Position numbers and translations under genes: made by a program. Shown one piece after another: positions 10,623 to 19,319 of a stretch of DNA of 56,099 nucleotides; the first letter of the stretch is position 1; each line of letters begins with the position of its first letter. This DNA is from Myxococcota bacterium (GTDB lineage: Bacteria > Myxococcota > JACRCW01), in assembly GCA_040752415.1 (NCBI GenBank), contig JBFMGU010000033.1, positions 1-56,099 of the forward strand, written 5' to 3'. The notes below the pieces were generated by a model. It made no database searches. It worked only from the letters and a program-made list of their open reading frames with translations, and was not told the origin of the DNA.

Positions 10623-10726
10623 GGGGCTGCGTCAGAACACTTTTGACACGTGGTCCTGACCGCCTCCAGCGGACCACGACCTGGAGGCGATCAGGACCAG
10701 ATGGGCAACTTATCTTGGCTCAGCCC
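10623..10726. mobile_element. Internally deleted MITE-like element, copy 1 (GGGGCTGCGTCAGAAC family)
   Basis: Begins TCA|GGGGCTGCGTCAGAAC. The first ~60 nt match the reverse complement of the right end of the 18830-19133 copy. The right end is degenerate. Confidence 0.7.
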
Positions 10727-10732
10727 GTGAGG

Positions 10733-11884
10733 TCATGGCGGTGGGATGTTCGACCACAGCGCAATGTCATCCACCATCGCGAAGTAGTAGTCGCCCACGA
10801 AGGTCAGGCGAAGCTGGCAGTTGGTCAGGTCGGTCACGCCATCCAGCACACCCGGCAGCATCACGTCGATGGACGCGGTACCGAAGGGCTGGTTGGTCCC
10901 CACGCCCTGCAGCAGGCTGAAGTCGTCCCAGGTTCCGCCTCCGTCGGTGGAGAAGCCCAGGGACAGCTCGGTGATGTCAAAGTTGCGATAGAAGAGCTGC
11001 AGCCGGGCAAAGAAGATGGTGGCGCCCTGCTGGCCGGTGAGGTCGAAGCTGGGCGACACCAGCACCGCGGACTGCGGTGAAGGCGCGGGCCCGGTGCCAA
11101 ACGCGCCCTGGACGCCGTTGTTGTCCAGGTAGTCGGAGTCAAAGAGCGCCACGCCGTTGCCCGCGCTGGGGGAGCTCATGGGGGGGAGCCCGCCCGCGTA
11201 CGCGCCCTGGGACGTGCCGGTGGTGCTGCGCACCCACAACGCGCCCACGTCGCTGATGCCCGTGGCCACCCACGCTCCCGGCGAGCCGAAGTCCAACGCG
11301 AACTCCCCGATGTCCCTGCCGACGGCGTCATTGGTGCCGGCACCCCACACCAACACGGCCTGTGCCCCGCCGCTGGACGACGAGGACGTGGACGACGACG
11401 AGCTGGAGCTGGACGTGCTGCTGCTCGCCGAGCTGGAGGTGCTGCTGCTCGAGGAGCTGGATGACGACGTGGACGAGGCGCCGGTGGAAGACGAGCTCGC
11501 CGTGCTGCTGGTGGACGTGGTGGCGGCGGTGGAGGACGACGCGCTGGATGATGACGCAGATGACGTCGATGAGCTGGTGCTGCTGGTGGACGCTCCACCC
11601 GACGTGCTGGACGCGCTGGAGGAGCTGCTCCCGGATGCGGAGCTGGAGCCCGAGGAGGACGTGCTCGCCGCCTGGGAGGAGCTGCTGCCGGACGACGTCG
11701 ACGACGACGAAACCGATGATGACGTGGATGATGCGCTGGAGCTGGCCGCGGAGGACGAGGAAGAAGTCCCTCCGGTGCTCGAAGATGACGTGTCGTCACC
11801 TCCAGCGCCTCCACACTCGGGGCAGGCGGCAAGAAGCAGGGCAAAGACGGGGGCCAGGGGCCGATGGATGCGGCGACGGGACAT
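10733..11884 (-). CDS. Lipoprotein with ~140-aa Ser/Thr-rich linker and C-terminal beta-sandwich (MAM/cleaved-adhesin-like) domain
   Basis: Lipobox LLAAC, poly-Ser linker, and a C-terminal domain containing LVSPSFDLTG...FSTDGGGTW...YFAMVDDIAL. Confidence 0.75.
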   Translation of the reverse strand: MSRRRIHRPLAPVFALLLAACPECGGAGGDDTSSSSTGGTSSSSSAASSSASSTSSSVSSSSTSSGSSSSQAASTSSSGSSSASGSSSSSASSTSGGASTSSTSSSTSSASSSSASSSTAATTSTSSTASSSSTGASSTSSSSSSSSSTSSSASSSTSSSSSSSSTSSSSSGGAQAVLVWGAGTNDAVGRDIGEFALDFGSPGAWVATGISDVGALWVRSTTGTSQGAYAGGLPPMSSPSAGNGVALFDSDYLDNNGVQGAFGTGPAPSPQSAVLVSPSFDLTGQQGATIFFARLQLFYRNFDITELSLGFSTDGGGTWDDFSLLQGVGTNQPFGTASIDVMLPGVLDGVTDLTNCQLRLTFVGDYYFAMVDDIALWSNIPPP

Positions 11885-11962
11885 GGGCAGACTCCAGGGA
11901 GACGTGGGCCCCCCTTAGCATCACCCTATGCCATCGCGAAGCGCTTTTTTTTGTCGCGCCGC

Positions 11963-13531
11963 TCACTCCGCCTGGAGCTGTGCCCGGACGGGCGCCTCAC
12001 CCGCGCGCAGCGTGACCTCGACGACATCCGCGTCCACCGGCGCCTCCGGCACCAGCACCGCGCGCTCACCACGGTGCGCCGCGCGCAGCACATCCGCGGA
12101 TCCCTCCGCCAGCACCGCGCCCTTCCCGTCGAGAAAGCGGATGGCAACCTGCGCGCGCAGCCGCGGCCGCACCTGCACGCGTGCGCCCCACCACGGCTCA
12201 CCCTGCGCGTCCACGTGGAGGATGCGAACGGCCTGGCGCGGGAGGTCCAGCGTCTGCACCAGCGTGTTCAGCTCGGCCACCCGGTCAAAGAGCGCGCGGT
12301 ACGTGTAGTCGGAGGTCCAGTTGTTCTCGCAGTAGCCCATGAAGTCGGTGGCCACGTCGGGATCCACGTATTCCCCGGTGCGGTCATCATAGCCCCACAC
12401 ACCAATGGCCCCGTCGGTGTACGGGTAGTCTTCGTCCCAGTCGTCGACGTCGCAGGGAGCGTGGTAGCGGCCGTGCATGTGGCCCAGCTCGTGCGCCAGC
12501 GTCCACGCGGAGTCCTCCCCGCTGAATCCCATGCCGCCGCCCACGCGGATGTCCGCGTCCACCGGGTCGTCGACGACGTAGCTCTGCCCGGTCACGCAGG
12601 AGTTGCCGCAGTAGGCGTCAAAGCTGTCGTCGGGAGCCACCAGGCCGTAGTAGTACACGTCGTCGTCGGCACCGTCCGCCACGCGCAGGTCGATGAGGTC
12701 GTCGTTGAGGCGGCCGAAGTTGAAGTTGCCCGTCCACGTCGGGTTGCGGCTCCAGGGCAACGGGTCGCGCACCGAGATCTCCACGTTGCTCACCGGGTAG
12801 AGCGACTGCAGCACCGTCCGGTACCGCTCCAGCTGCGCGGCGCTGGTGTCGGGGAGGCGGCCGGAGCCGTCGGTGTCGTACTGCACCGGGACCAGCACGA
12901 GGCGCACGCCCCCCAGATCATCCTCGACGCCGAGGCTGGTGGTGCCACCTTCCAACGGAAACCGCGCGAAGGAAGACACGCCGTCCGCAACCACTTCCCC
13001 GTCCTCCGACGTCAACAGCACCCGGTAGCGCGCTCCCAGCGCGGGCGTGATGGGCAGCGTGAAGAACGAGGAGGCATTCCCCTCGACGGAAGCACCGCTG
13101 ATGGTGTGCGTCTCCGTGACCGCCGTGCTGACGCCATCCACGGTCACTTCCAGCACCGCCGTCACCGCGCGCGCGGACCAGCCGCTCACCGGGCTCACCG
13201 CCACCCGCACCACACCCGGCTTGCCCGCCACCACCGGCGCATTCCGCAACGTCACCGCCACCCCGTCGACGACGAGGGGCACCTCCACCGCCTGGAACAC
13301 GGACACCTTGGAGATGCCCAGGCCGGTCACCAGGCGCGGCAACGTCGGCAACACGGAGCCCGCGTCCGGCGTTTCTCCCGCGTCGGGTTCCTCGGTGATC
13401 AGCGCGGCGTCGCCGACGGAGGCATCCCGGTCGGAGGCGGAAGGCGTGGTGACCTGCTGTTCCTGCGTGCCGGGGTTCCCCGCGCAAGCGGTGCACAGTG
13501 CCAACAAGACGGAAGATGACGCGCGCTTCAT
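11963..13531 (-). CDS. Zinc metalloprotease lipoprotein (peptidase M66-like)
   Basis: Start MKRASSSVLLALCTAC (lipobox). Metzincin motif HELGHMHGRYH, followed by IGVWGYD and a DFMGY Met-turn. Confidence 0.85.
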   Translation of the reverse strand: MKRASSSVLLALCTACAGNPGTQEQQVTTPSASDRDASVGDAALITEEPDAGETPDAGSVLPTLPRLVTGLGISKVSVFQAVEVPLVVDGVAVTLRNAPVVAGKPGVVRVAVSPVSGWSARAVTAVLEVTVDGVSTAVTETHTISGASVEGNASSFFTLPITPALGARYRVLLTSEDGEVVADGVSSFARFPLEGGTTSLGVEDDLGGVRLVLVPVQYDTDGSGRLPDTSAAQLERYRTVLQSLYPVSNVEISVRDPLPWSRNPTWTGNFNFGRLNDDLIDLRVADGADDDVYYYGLVAPDDSFDAYCGNSCVTGQSYVVDDPVDADIRVGGGMGFSGEDSAWTLAHELGHMHGRYHAPCDVDDWDEDYPYTDGAIGVWGYDDRTGEYVDPDVATDFMGYCENNWTSDYTYRALFDRVAELNTLVQTLDLPRQAVRILHVDAQGEPWWGARVQVRPRLRAQVAIRFLDGKGAVLAEGSADVLRAAHRGERAVLVPEAPVDADVVEVTLRAGEAPVRAQLQAE

Positions 13532-13600
13532 GGGCACCCATCCTGCGTCAGCCACCGACCACGCCACAACCGCCACCCGTCGGAGAAGCCGACTGGGGAA

Positions 13601-13789
13601 GTGGCCTCGCAACTCCAGCCCCATGAGCACCACACCACGCGCGTCCTCAGCGCTCCCGACGGTCCCGGCCAGCCCGGTCTCGTGGCGCAGTTCGAACCCT
13701 TCCGCTTCCAGCGCCCCCAGATCCCCGTGGAGTGGCAGGGCCTGGACCTGGCCGACGAGGAGCTGCTCACCGTGCTCGGCGCGCCATGA
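13601..13789 (+). CDS. Possible small protein or gene remnant (62 aa)
   Basis: GC3-rich codons and a protein-like C-terminus (FEPFRFQRPQIPVEWQGLDLADEELL). No clear RBS. Confidence 0.3.
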   Translation: MASQLQPHEHHTTRVLSAPDGPGQPGLVAQFEPFRFQRPQIPVEWQGLDLADEELLTVLGAP

Positions 13790-14023
13790 CGGTTCCCCAC
13801 CGGTCGACCGGCCGGAGCTCGACCAGAGAAATCGTTGGGTGCGCCGCCGACGGTTGCCTTCCAAAGGGTCGGCAACCGGATCTCCGCGCGCAGCCGTGGC
13901 TAATCGTTCGCACCGCGTTGTCTCGTCGAGACCGTGGCTCACCATATTAGCTCCGGCTTCGCCACCAACCATCGTTTGTTTTATGTGAATTAGCCCCTGA
14001 TTATCCCGAGGCGGCCGCCTTCA

Positions 14024-14719
14024 GTGACGAGCAACCTTGACCGTCCCGCGCCGCGACATGCAGGCTGGCCGGCCTTGGAGCTCCGTCGCGCGCCACGACC
14101 TGCTGATTTTGGAACCCGCGGAGCCCGTTGGCTGCTGGCGGGGATGGCCCTGTGGTTGGCGCTGCTGACCTCCGGTTACGCCGCAGTGGTGCGTTACAAG
14201 TCCACCGCCGGTGAGCACGGGGAGATTCCCGCCCAGTGGCCATCCGCAAGTGCGCTGGCGCGCTCCTCCGTCGGGAAGACGCTGGTGATGGCCGCGCATC
14301 CGCACTGTCCCTGCACGCGGGCAAGCATCAGCGAGCTGGCCAGGTTGCTCAGCCGGGCCGGGCCGGGCGTGACGGCGCAGGTCCTGTTCATGACGCCGTC
14401 CGACGTGGCTCCCGGCTGGGAGGAGACGGCGCTGTTCCGGCGCGCGCAGGAGATCGACGGCGTCACCGTGGTGCGGGACCGGGACGGCGTGGAGGCGGAG
14501 CGCTTTGGCCTGCGCACCTCCGGTCACACCGCGCTCTACGACGAGAACGGCACGCTGCTCTTCCACGGCGGCATCACCCCCGCACGCGGCCACGAGGGAG
14601 AGAGCGCCGGGCAGCTTGCGGTGGTGAAGCTGGTGCGCGGGGAGTCGGCCACGGAACACGAGGCCAAGGTCTTTGGTTGCGGTTTGAAGGATCACCAACC
14701 CCAAGGGGGATCACCATGA
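14024..14719 (+). CDS. redB: RedB-like membrane-anchored thioredoxin-fold protein
   Basis: N-terminal TM segment and the motifs AHPHCPCTRASISEL, FGLRTSGH, GGITPARGHEG and VFGC, as recognised in myxobacterial RedB proteins. Start codon uncertain. Confidence 0.7.
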   Translation: MTSNLDRPAPRHAGWPALELRRAPRPADFGTRGARWLLAGMALWLALLTSGYAAVVRYKSTAGEHGEIPAQWPSASALARSSVGKTLVMAAHPHCPCTRASISELARLLSRAGPGVTAQVLFMTPSDVAPGWEETALFRRAQEIDGVTVVRDRDGVEAERFGLRTSGHTALYDENGTLLFHGGITPARGHEGESAGQLAVVKLVRGESATEHEAKVFGCGLKDHQPQGGSP

Positions 14720-15429
14720 CCTCGCAGGAAGGGGCGCAGGGCGGCACCGCGGACGCGGTGAAGCTGATGGTGCAACGCGCAGAGCAACGGTTCCAGGACA
14801 TGCGCATGGACGTGTGGCGTCGCACGGACCGCATGTTCGTGGCGTTGATGCTGGGGCAGTGGGTGTTCGCCATCGCGGTGGCGCTGGTGTTCTCGCCCTA
14901 TGCCTGGGAGGGCAAGCGCCAGGCGGTCCACCTGCACGTCTACGTGGCGGTGCTGCTGGGCGGCGCGCTGTCCAGCCTGCCGGTGCTGCTGGGCCTGCTG
15001 CGTCCGGGCGCCGCCACCACCCGTCACGTCATGGCGGTGGCGCAGATGTTGTGGTCGGCCTTGCTCATCCACCTCAGCGGCGGCCGCATCGAGACGCATT
15101 TCCACGTCTTCGGCTCGCTGGCGTTCCTGGCCTTCTACCGGGATTGGACCGTGCTCCTCACCGCCACCGTCGTCGTCGCGGGCGACCACCTGGTGCGCGG
15201 GCTGGCGTGGCCGGAGTCGGTGTACGGGATCACCAACCCGGAATGGTGGCGCTTCGTGGAACACGCCTTCTGGGTGGTGTTCGAGAACGCGTTCCTGGTG
15301 CTCTCCATCCGCGCGCAGGTGCGGGAGATGCGGGACGCCAGCGAGTACCAGGCGCAGATCGAGGCGCTCTCGGAGAGTGAGTGGCGTCGTTCTTCCATTG
15401 TTGATCGGGAAAAGCCGGCCGCCGCGTGA
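14716..15429 (+). CDS. Stand-alone multi-TM sensor domain (RedC N-terminal-like) with no kinase or MCP output
   Basis: ATGA overlap with the redB stop. About 6 TM helices and the motif IHLSGGRIETHFHVFGSLAFLAFYRDW. The protein stops ~40 aa after the last TM. Confidence 0.75.
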   Translation: MTSQEGAQGGTADAVKLMVQRAEQRFQDMRMDVWRRTDRMFVALMLGQWVFAIAVALVFSPYAWEGKRQAVHLHVYVAVLLGGALSSLPVLLGLLRPGAATTRHVMAVAQMLWSALLIHLSGGRIETHFHVFGSLAFLAFYRDWTVLLTATVVVAGDHLVRGLAWPESVYGITNPEWWRFVEHAFWVVFENAFLVLSIRAQVREMRDASEYQAQIEALSESEWRRSSIVDREKPAAA

Positions 15430-15447
15430 TGCGGCACAGGTTGCACC

Positions 15448-15678
15448 ATGGCGCTGTTTGAGAAGCTGAAGGCCGGCGCAAGCGGAAACGCCACGGCGTC
15501 CACCAGCGGTTTCGACCGCGTGGTCATGCGCGGGCCCGACGGGCGGGAGCGCACGCTGAGCCATTCCGAATTCAACGCACTGCCGCTGGAGCAGAGACTG
15601 CAGGTCCTGGTCGACGGGCGCGCGGTGTTCTACCGCAACGGCCAGGTCGTCTCCGCGCGCGAGGCCACCCGGAAGTAG
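15448..15678 (+). CDS. Small hypothetical protein (76 aa)
   Basis: Starts 18 bp after the sensor gene on the same strand, with coding-like codon usage. Confidence 0.6.
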   Translation: MALFEKLKAGASGNATASTSGFDRVVMRGPDGRERTLSHSEFNALPLEQRLQVLVDGRAVFYRNGQVVSAREATRK

Positions 15679-15890
15679 CCGTGCCCACCCGCGACCGCCG
15701 TGCCGCGTGAACCCGCGTTCACACGTCGGGGAGCGTGGATCTCCGGGTGGATTCCACGAAAAAAATCGGAAGGCCTACCGCACCGCCGGCGACTCCCTCG
15801 GTGAACCCGGTGGTCCTGCGGCACGGCGCCGCGCGCTCCACCCACGGAACGCTCCTTCAGGGAGGGACCTCCGTGCTCAAGGAGAAACCC

Positions 15891-16904
15891 ATGAAGACCT
15901 GGATGAATGGTGTGTTGGCGGTGTCGTTTGGCCTCTCCACCACGGCGTGCGGCAGTGCCCTGGGCGGGATCACCGCGCTGGACAAGGCCACGCTGGTCTC
16001 CGCGCTCAGCGCCAGCGGAGATGACACCGCGGATGATGCCGCGCCGGAATCCGAGGACACGGCCACCGAGGACAACGTGGACACCGCGCCCTCGCTCATC
16101 CGGGATTGCTCGGTGGAAGGCGCGCGCGCCCGCGTGGTGGAGCACTGCGACCGCAACGGCGACGGCTCCCTCAGCGACGACGAACAGCAGCCGCTCACCG
16201 AGGAGTTTGGCGCGGACACCCAGGATGGGCCGCAGCCGCCCGAGGGCCTGCCGCCTCCGCCGGATGGCCAGCAGCCGCCCGCGCTGGGTGATGGTCAGCA
16301 GCCGCCCCCGCGCGGCGAGGGACAGCGTCCTCCGCGCGGGCCGCGTGGCCAGGGCGCGCCGATGTGCGTCGACGGAGAGGACGGCCAGGCGCAAGCGCAG
16401 GAACCGCCGCCGCCGCACGGTGGCCGGGGCATGGGCCGTCACCGCTGGCGCATGCTGGCGTGGGTCTATGACAATGACGAGTCCGGTGACCTCGACGAGG
16501 CCGAGCGCGCCGAGCTGGAGAGCGACCTGGCCGCCCGCTGTGAAGCGCGCAACGCCCGGCTCCTGGCGCAGTACGACGCCGACGCCGACGGCACGCTGAG
16601 CAGCGAGGAGGAAGCCCAGGCGCAGGCGGACCTGCAGGCGGCGCACGAGGCGCGTCGCGCGGAGGCGCTGGCCAGCTACGACGCGGATGGCAACGGCAGC
16701 CTCAGCTGCGCGGAGCGCCAGGCCATGCATGAGGCGCGTCACGCCGAGATGGAGCAGCTGCGCGCGGAGCGTGAGGCGGAGTTTGACGTGGACGGCTCGG
16801 GTGACCTGGATGCCTCCGAGCGTGCCGCCAAGCGTGCCGCCATCAAGGAGCGCATCCGCTCCGGTGAGCCCGGCCCCGGCGAGGAGCCGCCCGCGCAGGA
16901 GTGA
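15891..16904 (+). CDS. EF-hand calcium-binding lipoprotein
   Basis: AAGGAG RBS, MKTWMNG...STTAC lipobox, and five EF-hand loops (DRNGDGSLSDDE, DNDESGDLDEAE, DADADGTLSSEE, DADGNGSLSCAE, DVDGSGDLDASE). Confidence 0.85.
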   Translation: MKTWMNGVLAVSFGLSTTACGSALGGITALDKATLVSALSASGDDTADDAAPESEDTATEDNVDTAPSLIRDCSVEGARARVVEHCDRNGDGSLSDDEQQPLTEEFGADTQDGPQPPEGLPPPPDGQQPPALGDGQQPPPRGEGQRPPRGPRGQGAPMCVDGEDGQAQAQEPPPPHGGRGMGRHRWRMLAWVYDNDESGDLDEAERAELESDLAARCEARNARLLAQYDADADGTLSSEEEAQAQADLQAAHEARRAEALASYDADGNGSLSCAERQAMHEARHAEMEQLRAEREAEFDVDGSGDLDASERAAKRAAIKERIRSGEPGPGEEPPAQE

Positions 16905-17206
16905 TGGTTTTCTCGAAAGCCGGCGCGGGGCGCCACCTTCGCGCCTCCGCCGGCTCTCGCATTCACGCGGGTGTGCCCCGAAACGCCCCGCACCACCTCC
17001 ACGCACCTGTCGTTCCCGACGCCAATTGCCCCGCTTTTCCCCGAGCGTTCCAACGATCGTGGCGCCTTCGTTGCCGTACAGGCGCGCCTGTCGTCGTGAA
17101 CCCTCTCACGGACGCGTTGCGTATTCCGACCTTGGGCGCCGTCCGTAGCATTGCCGGTTGTTGGCGGGGTGGTGATCGCGCGCATCCGCGCGGGAGTGGA
17201 GACGTC

Positions 17207-18829
17207 ATGGACAACCTCATCAAGGATCTCCTGGTTCTCGGCGGTGGCACGGCGGGGTGGATGACGGCGGCCTACCTGCACAAGACATTTGGAGGTCAGG
17301 TCCGCATCACCCTGGTGGAGGCCGCCAGCGTGCCGCGGATTGGCGTGGGAGAGGCCACGGTTCCCAACCTGCAGCGCGCGTTCTGGGATTTCCTGGGCAT
17401 TCCGGAAGATGAATGGATGCGCCACTGCAACGCGGCCTTCAAGACGGCGGTGAAGTTCGTCAACTGGCGTACCCCGCCCGCGCCCGGCGTCACCGACCAC
17501 TTCTACCACACCTTCGGACTCGTCCCGAATTGCGATGGTATTCCCCTCACGCATTACTGGGTGGAAAAGCGCCGCCAGGGATTCACCGGCGCCATGGACT
17601 ACACCTGTTTCAAGGAGCCGGAGCTGCTGGACGCACGCCTCTCTCCCAAGTGGCTGGATGGTCGCGACGCCATGTTCCACGCCTGGCACTTCGACGCCAC
17701 GCTGGTGGCCGAGTACCTCAAGACGCTGGCCACGGGGTGGGGGGTGCGCCACGTCGTCGACGAGCTGGAGGGCGCCAACCTTGCGCCGGACGGGAGCATT
17801 GCCAGCCTGCGCATGAAGAGCGGCGCCACCTACGCGGCGGACTTCTTCGTGGATTGCTCCGGCTTCCGCGGCCTGCTCATCAACCAGGCCCTGGGTGAGC
17901 CGTTCCTGGACATGAGCGACCACCTCTTCTGCGACAGCGCGGTGGCCACCGCGGTCCCGCACGACGACGAGAAGTACGGCATCGAGGCGTGCACCAGCGC
18001 CATTGCCATGCGCCACGGCTGGACGTGGAAGATCCCCATGATGGGCCGCTTTGGCACCGGCTACGTCTACTCCAGCCGTTTCTGTGGCGTGGATGAGGCC
18101 GCCGACGAGTTCATGAAGCTGTGGAACCTGGATCCCGCGGAGACTGCGCTCAACAAGATCCGCTTCCGCGTGGGCCGGAACCGGCGCGCCTGGGTGCACA
18201 ATTGCGCCAGCATTGGATTGGCCTCGTGTTTCCTGGAGCCGCTGGAATCCACGGGCATCTATTTCATCTACGCGGCCATCTACCAGCTGGTGAAACACTT
18301 CCCGGAGAAGACCATCAACCCCGTGCTGCGCGACCGTTTCAACATGGAAATCCAGAACATGTTCGACGACTGCCGCGACTTCATCCAGGCGCACTACCTG
18401 ACCAGCCAGCGCAGCGACACGGAGTTCTGGCGCGCCAACCGCCACGCGCTGAAGCTCAGCGACAACGTCCAGGAGAAGCTGGAGACCTACAAGTCCGGCC
18501 TCCCGGTCAACATGCCCATCACCACCGAGGAGAACTATTACGGCAACTTCGAGGCGGAATTCCGCAACTATTGGACCAACGGCAGCTACTACTGCATCTT
18601 CGCCGGGATGGGGCTGGTGCCGGACCGTCCGCTGCCGCAGGTGCTCTACCGCCCGGAGTCGCGTGCCCGTGCCGAGAAGATGTTCGCCGAGATCCGCATG
18701 AAGACCCAGGACCTCAAGGCGCGCCTGCCCACCACCTTCCAGTACCTGCAGCGCCTCCACAACCGCGAGCGCGGGCCCTCCCTCAAGCACCTGCCGTACT
18801 CCGCCAAGCGTCTCGCCGTGGCGAGCTGA
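17207..18829 (+). CDS. Flavin-dependent tryptophan halogenase (PrnA/RebH/Thal family)
   Basis: Motifs GGGTAGW, GVGEATVP, catalytic Lys in AAFKTAV, WTWKIP, FLEPLESTGIYF, and the C-terminal Trp-binding region YYGNFEAEFRNYWTNGSYYCIFAG. Confidence 0.92.
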   Translation: MDNLIKDLLVLGGGTAGWMTAAYLHKTFGGQVRITLVEAASVPRIGVGEATVPNLQRAFWDFLGIPEDEWMRHCNAAFKTAVKFVNWRTPPAPGVTDHFYHTFGLVPNCDGIPLTHYWVEKRRQGFTGAMDYTCFKEPELLDARLSPKWLDGRDAMFHAWHFDATLVAEYLKTLATGWGVRHVVDELEGANLAPDGSIASLRMKSGATYAADFFVDCSGFRGLLINQALGEPFLDMSDHLFCDSAVATAVPHDDEKYGIEACTSAIAMRHGWTWKIPMMGRFGTGYVYSSRFCGVDEAADEFMKLWNLDPAETALNKIRFRVGRNRRAWVHNCASIGLASCFLEPLESTGIYFIYAAIYQLVKHFPEKTINPVLRDRFNMEIQNMFDDCRDFIQAHYLTSQRSDTEFWRANRHALKLSDNVQEKLETYKSGLPVNMPITTEENYYGNFEAEFRNYWTNGSYYCIFAGMGLVPDRPLPQVLYRPESRARAEKMFAEIRMKTQDLKARLPTTFQYLQRLHNRERGPSLKHLPYSAKRLAVAS

Positions 18830-19133
18830 GGGGCTGGGGCGGGACACTTCTGCGGACGTCGTCCCTCTGGTCCTGAGCGGCTCCCGTGGTCCACGACCTG
18901 GAGTGCGGCGGGCCCTCGCCGCCCTGGTCAACGTCGCGCGGTTTGGACAACCGTCAAGGGTCCACACGCCACGAGACAACGCCTCGCCCGACGTCATTGA
19001 GTCCCAGTGCTGTTCGGCCCGCTGTGAACGCGCTCGGCGCAGGCCAGGGCGGCGAGGGCCCGCCGCACTCCAGGTCGTGGTCCGCTGGAGGCGGTCAGGG
19101 ACCACGTGTCCAAACTGTTCTGACGCAGCGCCC
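18830..19133. mobile_element. MITE-like element, copy 2
   Basis: Starts immediately after the halogenase TGA. Right end is GTTCTGACGCAGCGCCC. Contains a perfect 37-bp internal inverted repeat (18891-18927 / 19044-19080). Confidence 0.8.
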
Positions 19134-19319
19134 ATCAGGTGTTCACCCGCCTCCCACCCCCGTCATGAATCTGTCACGCCCACGCTCCCTCGCGTGACGG
19201 ATCGTTGACGTCGTCCGTTGGCTTCCGGCGGAACTTAAGAACGCGCCCCACCATGCCGAAGACACGGGCAGCCGCCTCCATGCGGGAGGCGCACGGATTC
19301 CATCCAGAGGAGCTCAACG

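Noticed and set aside
11157..11918. Acidic D/E/L-rich plus-strand ORF (and 44772-45443 on the minus strand)
   Set aside because: Antisense reading of the poly-Ser linkers.
11917..11933. Sigma-54 promoter TGGCATAGGGTGATGCT on the minus strand
   Set aside because: The GG-to-GC spacing is 11 nt rather than the required 10.
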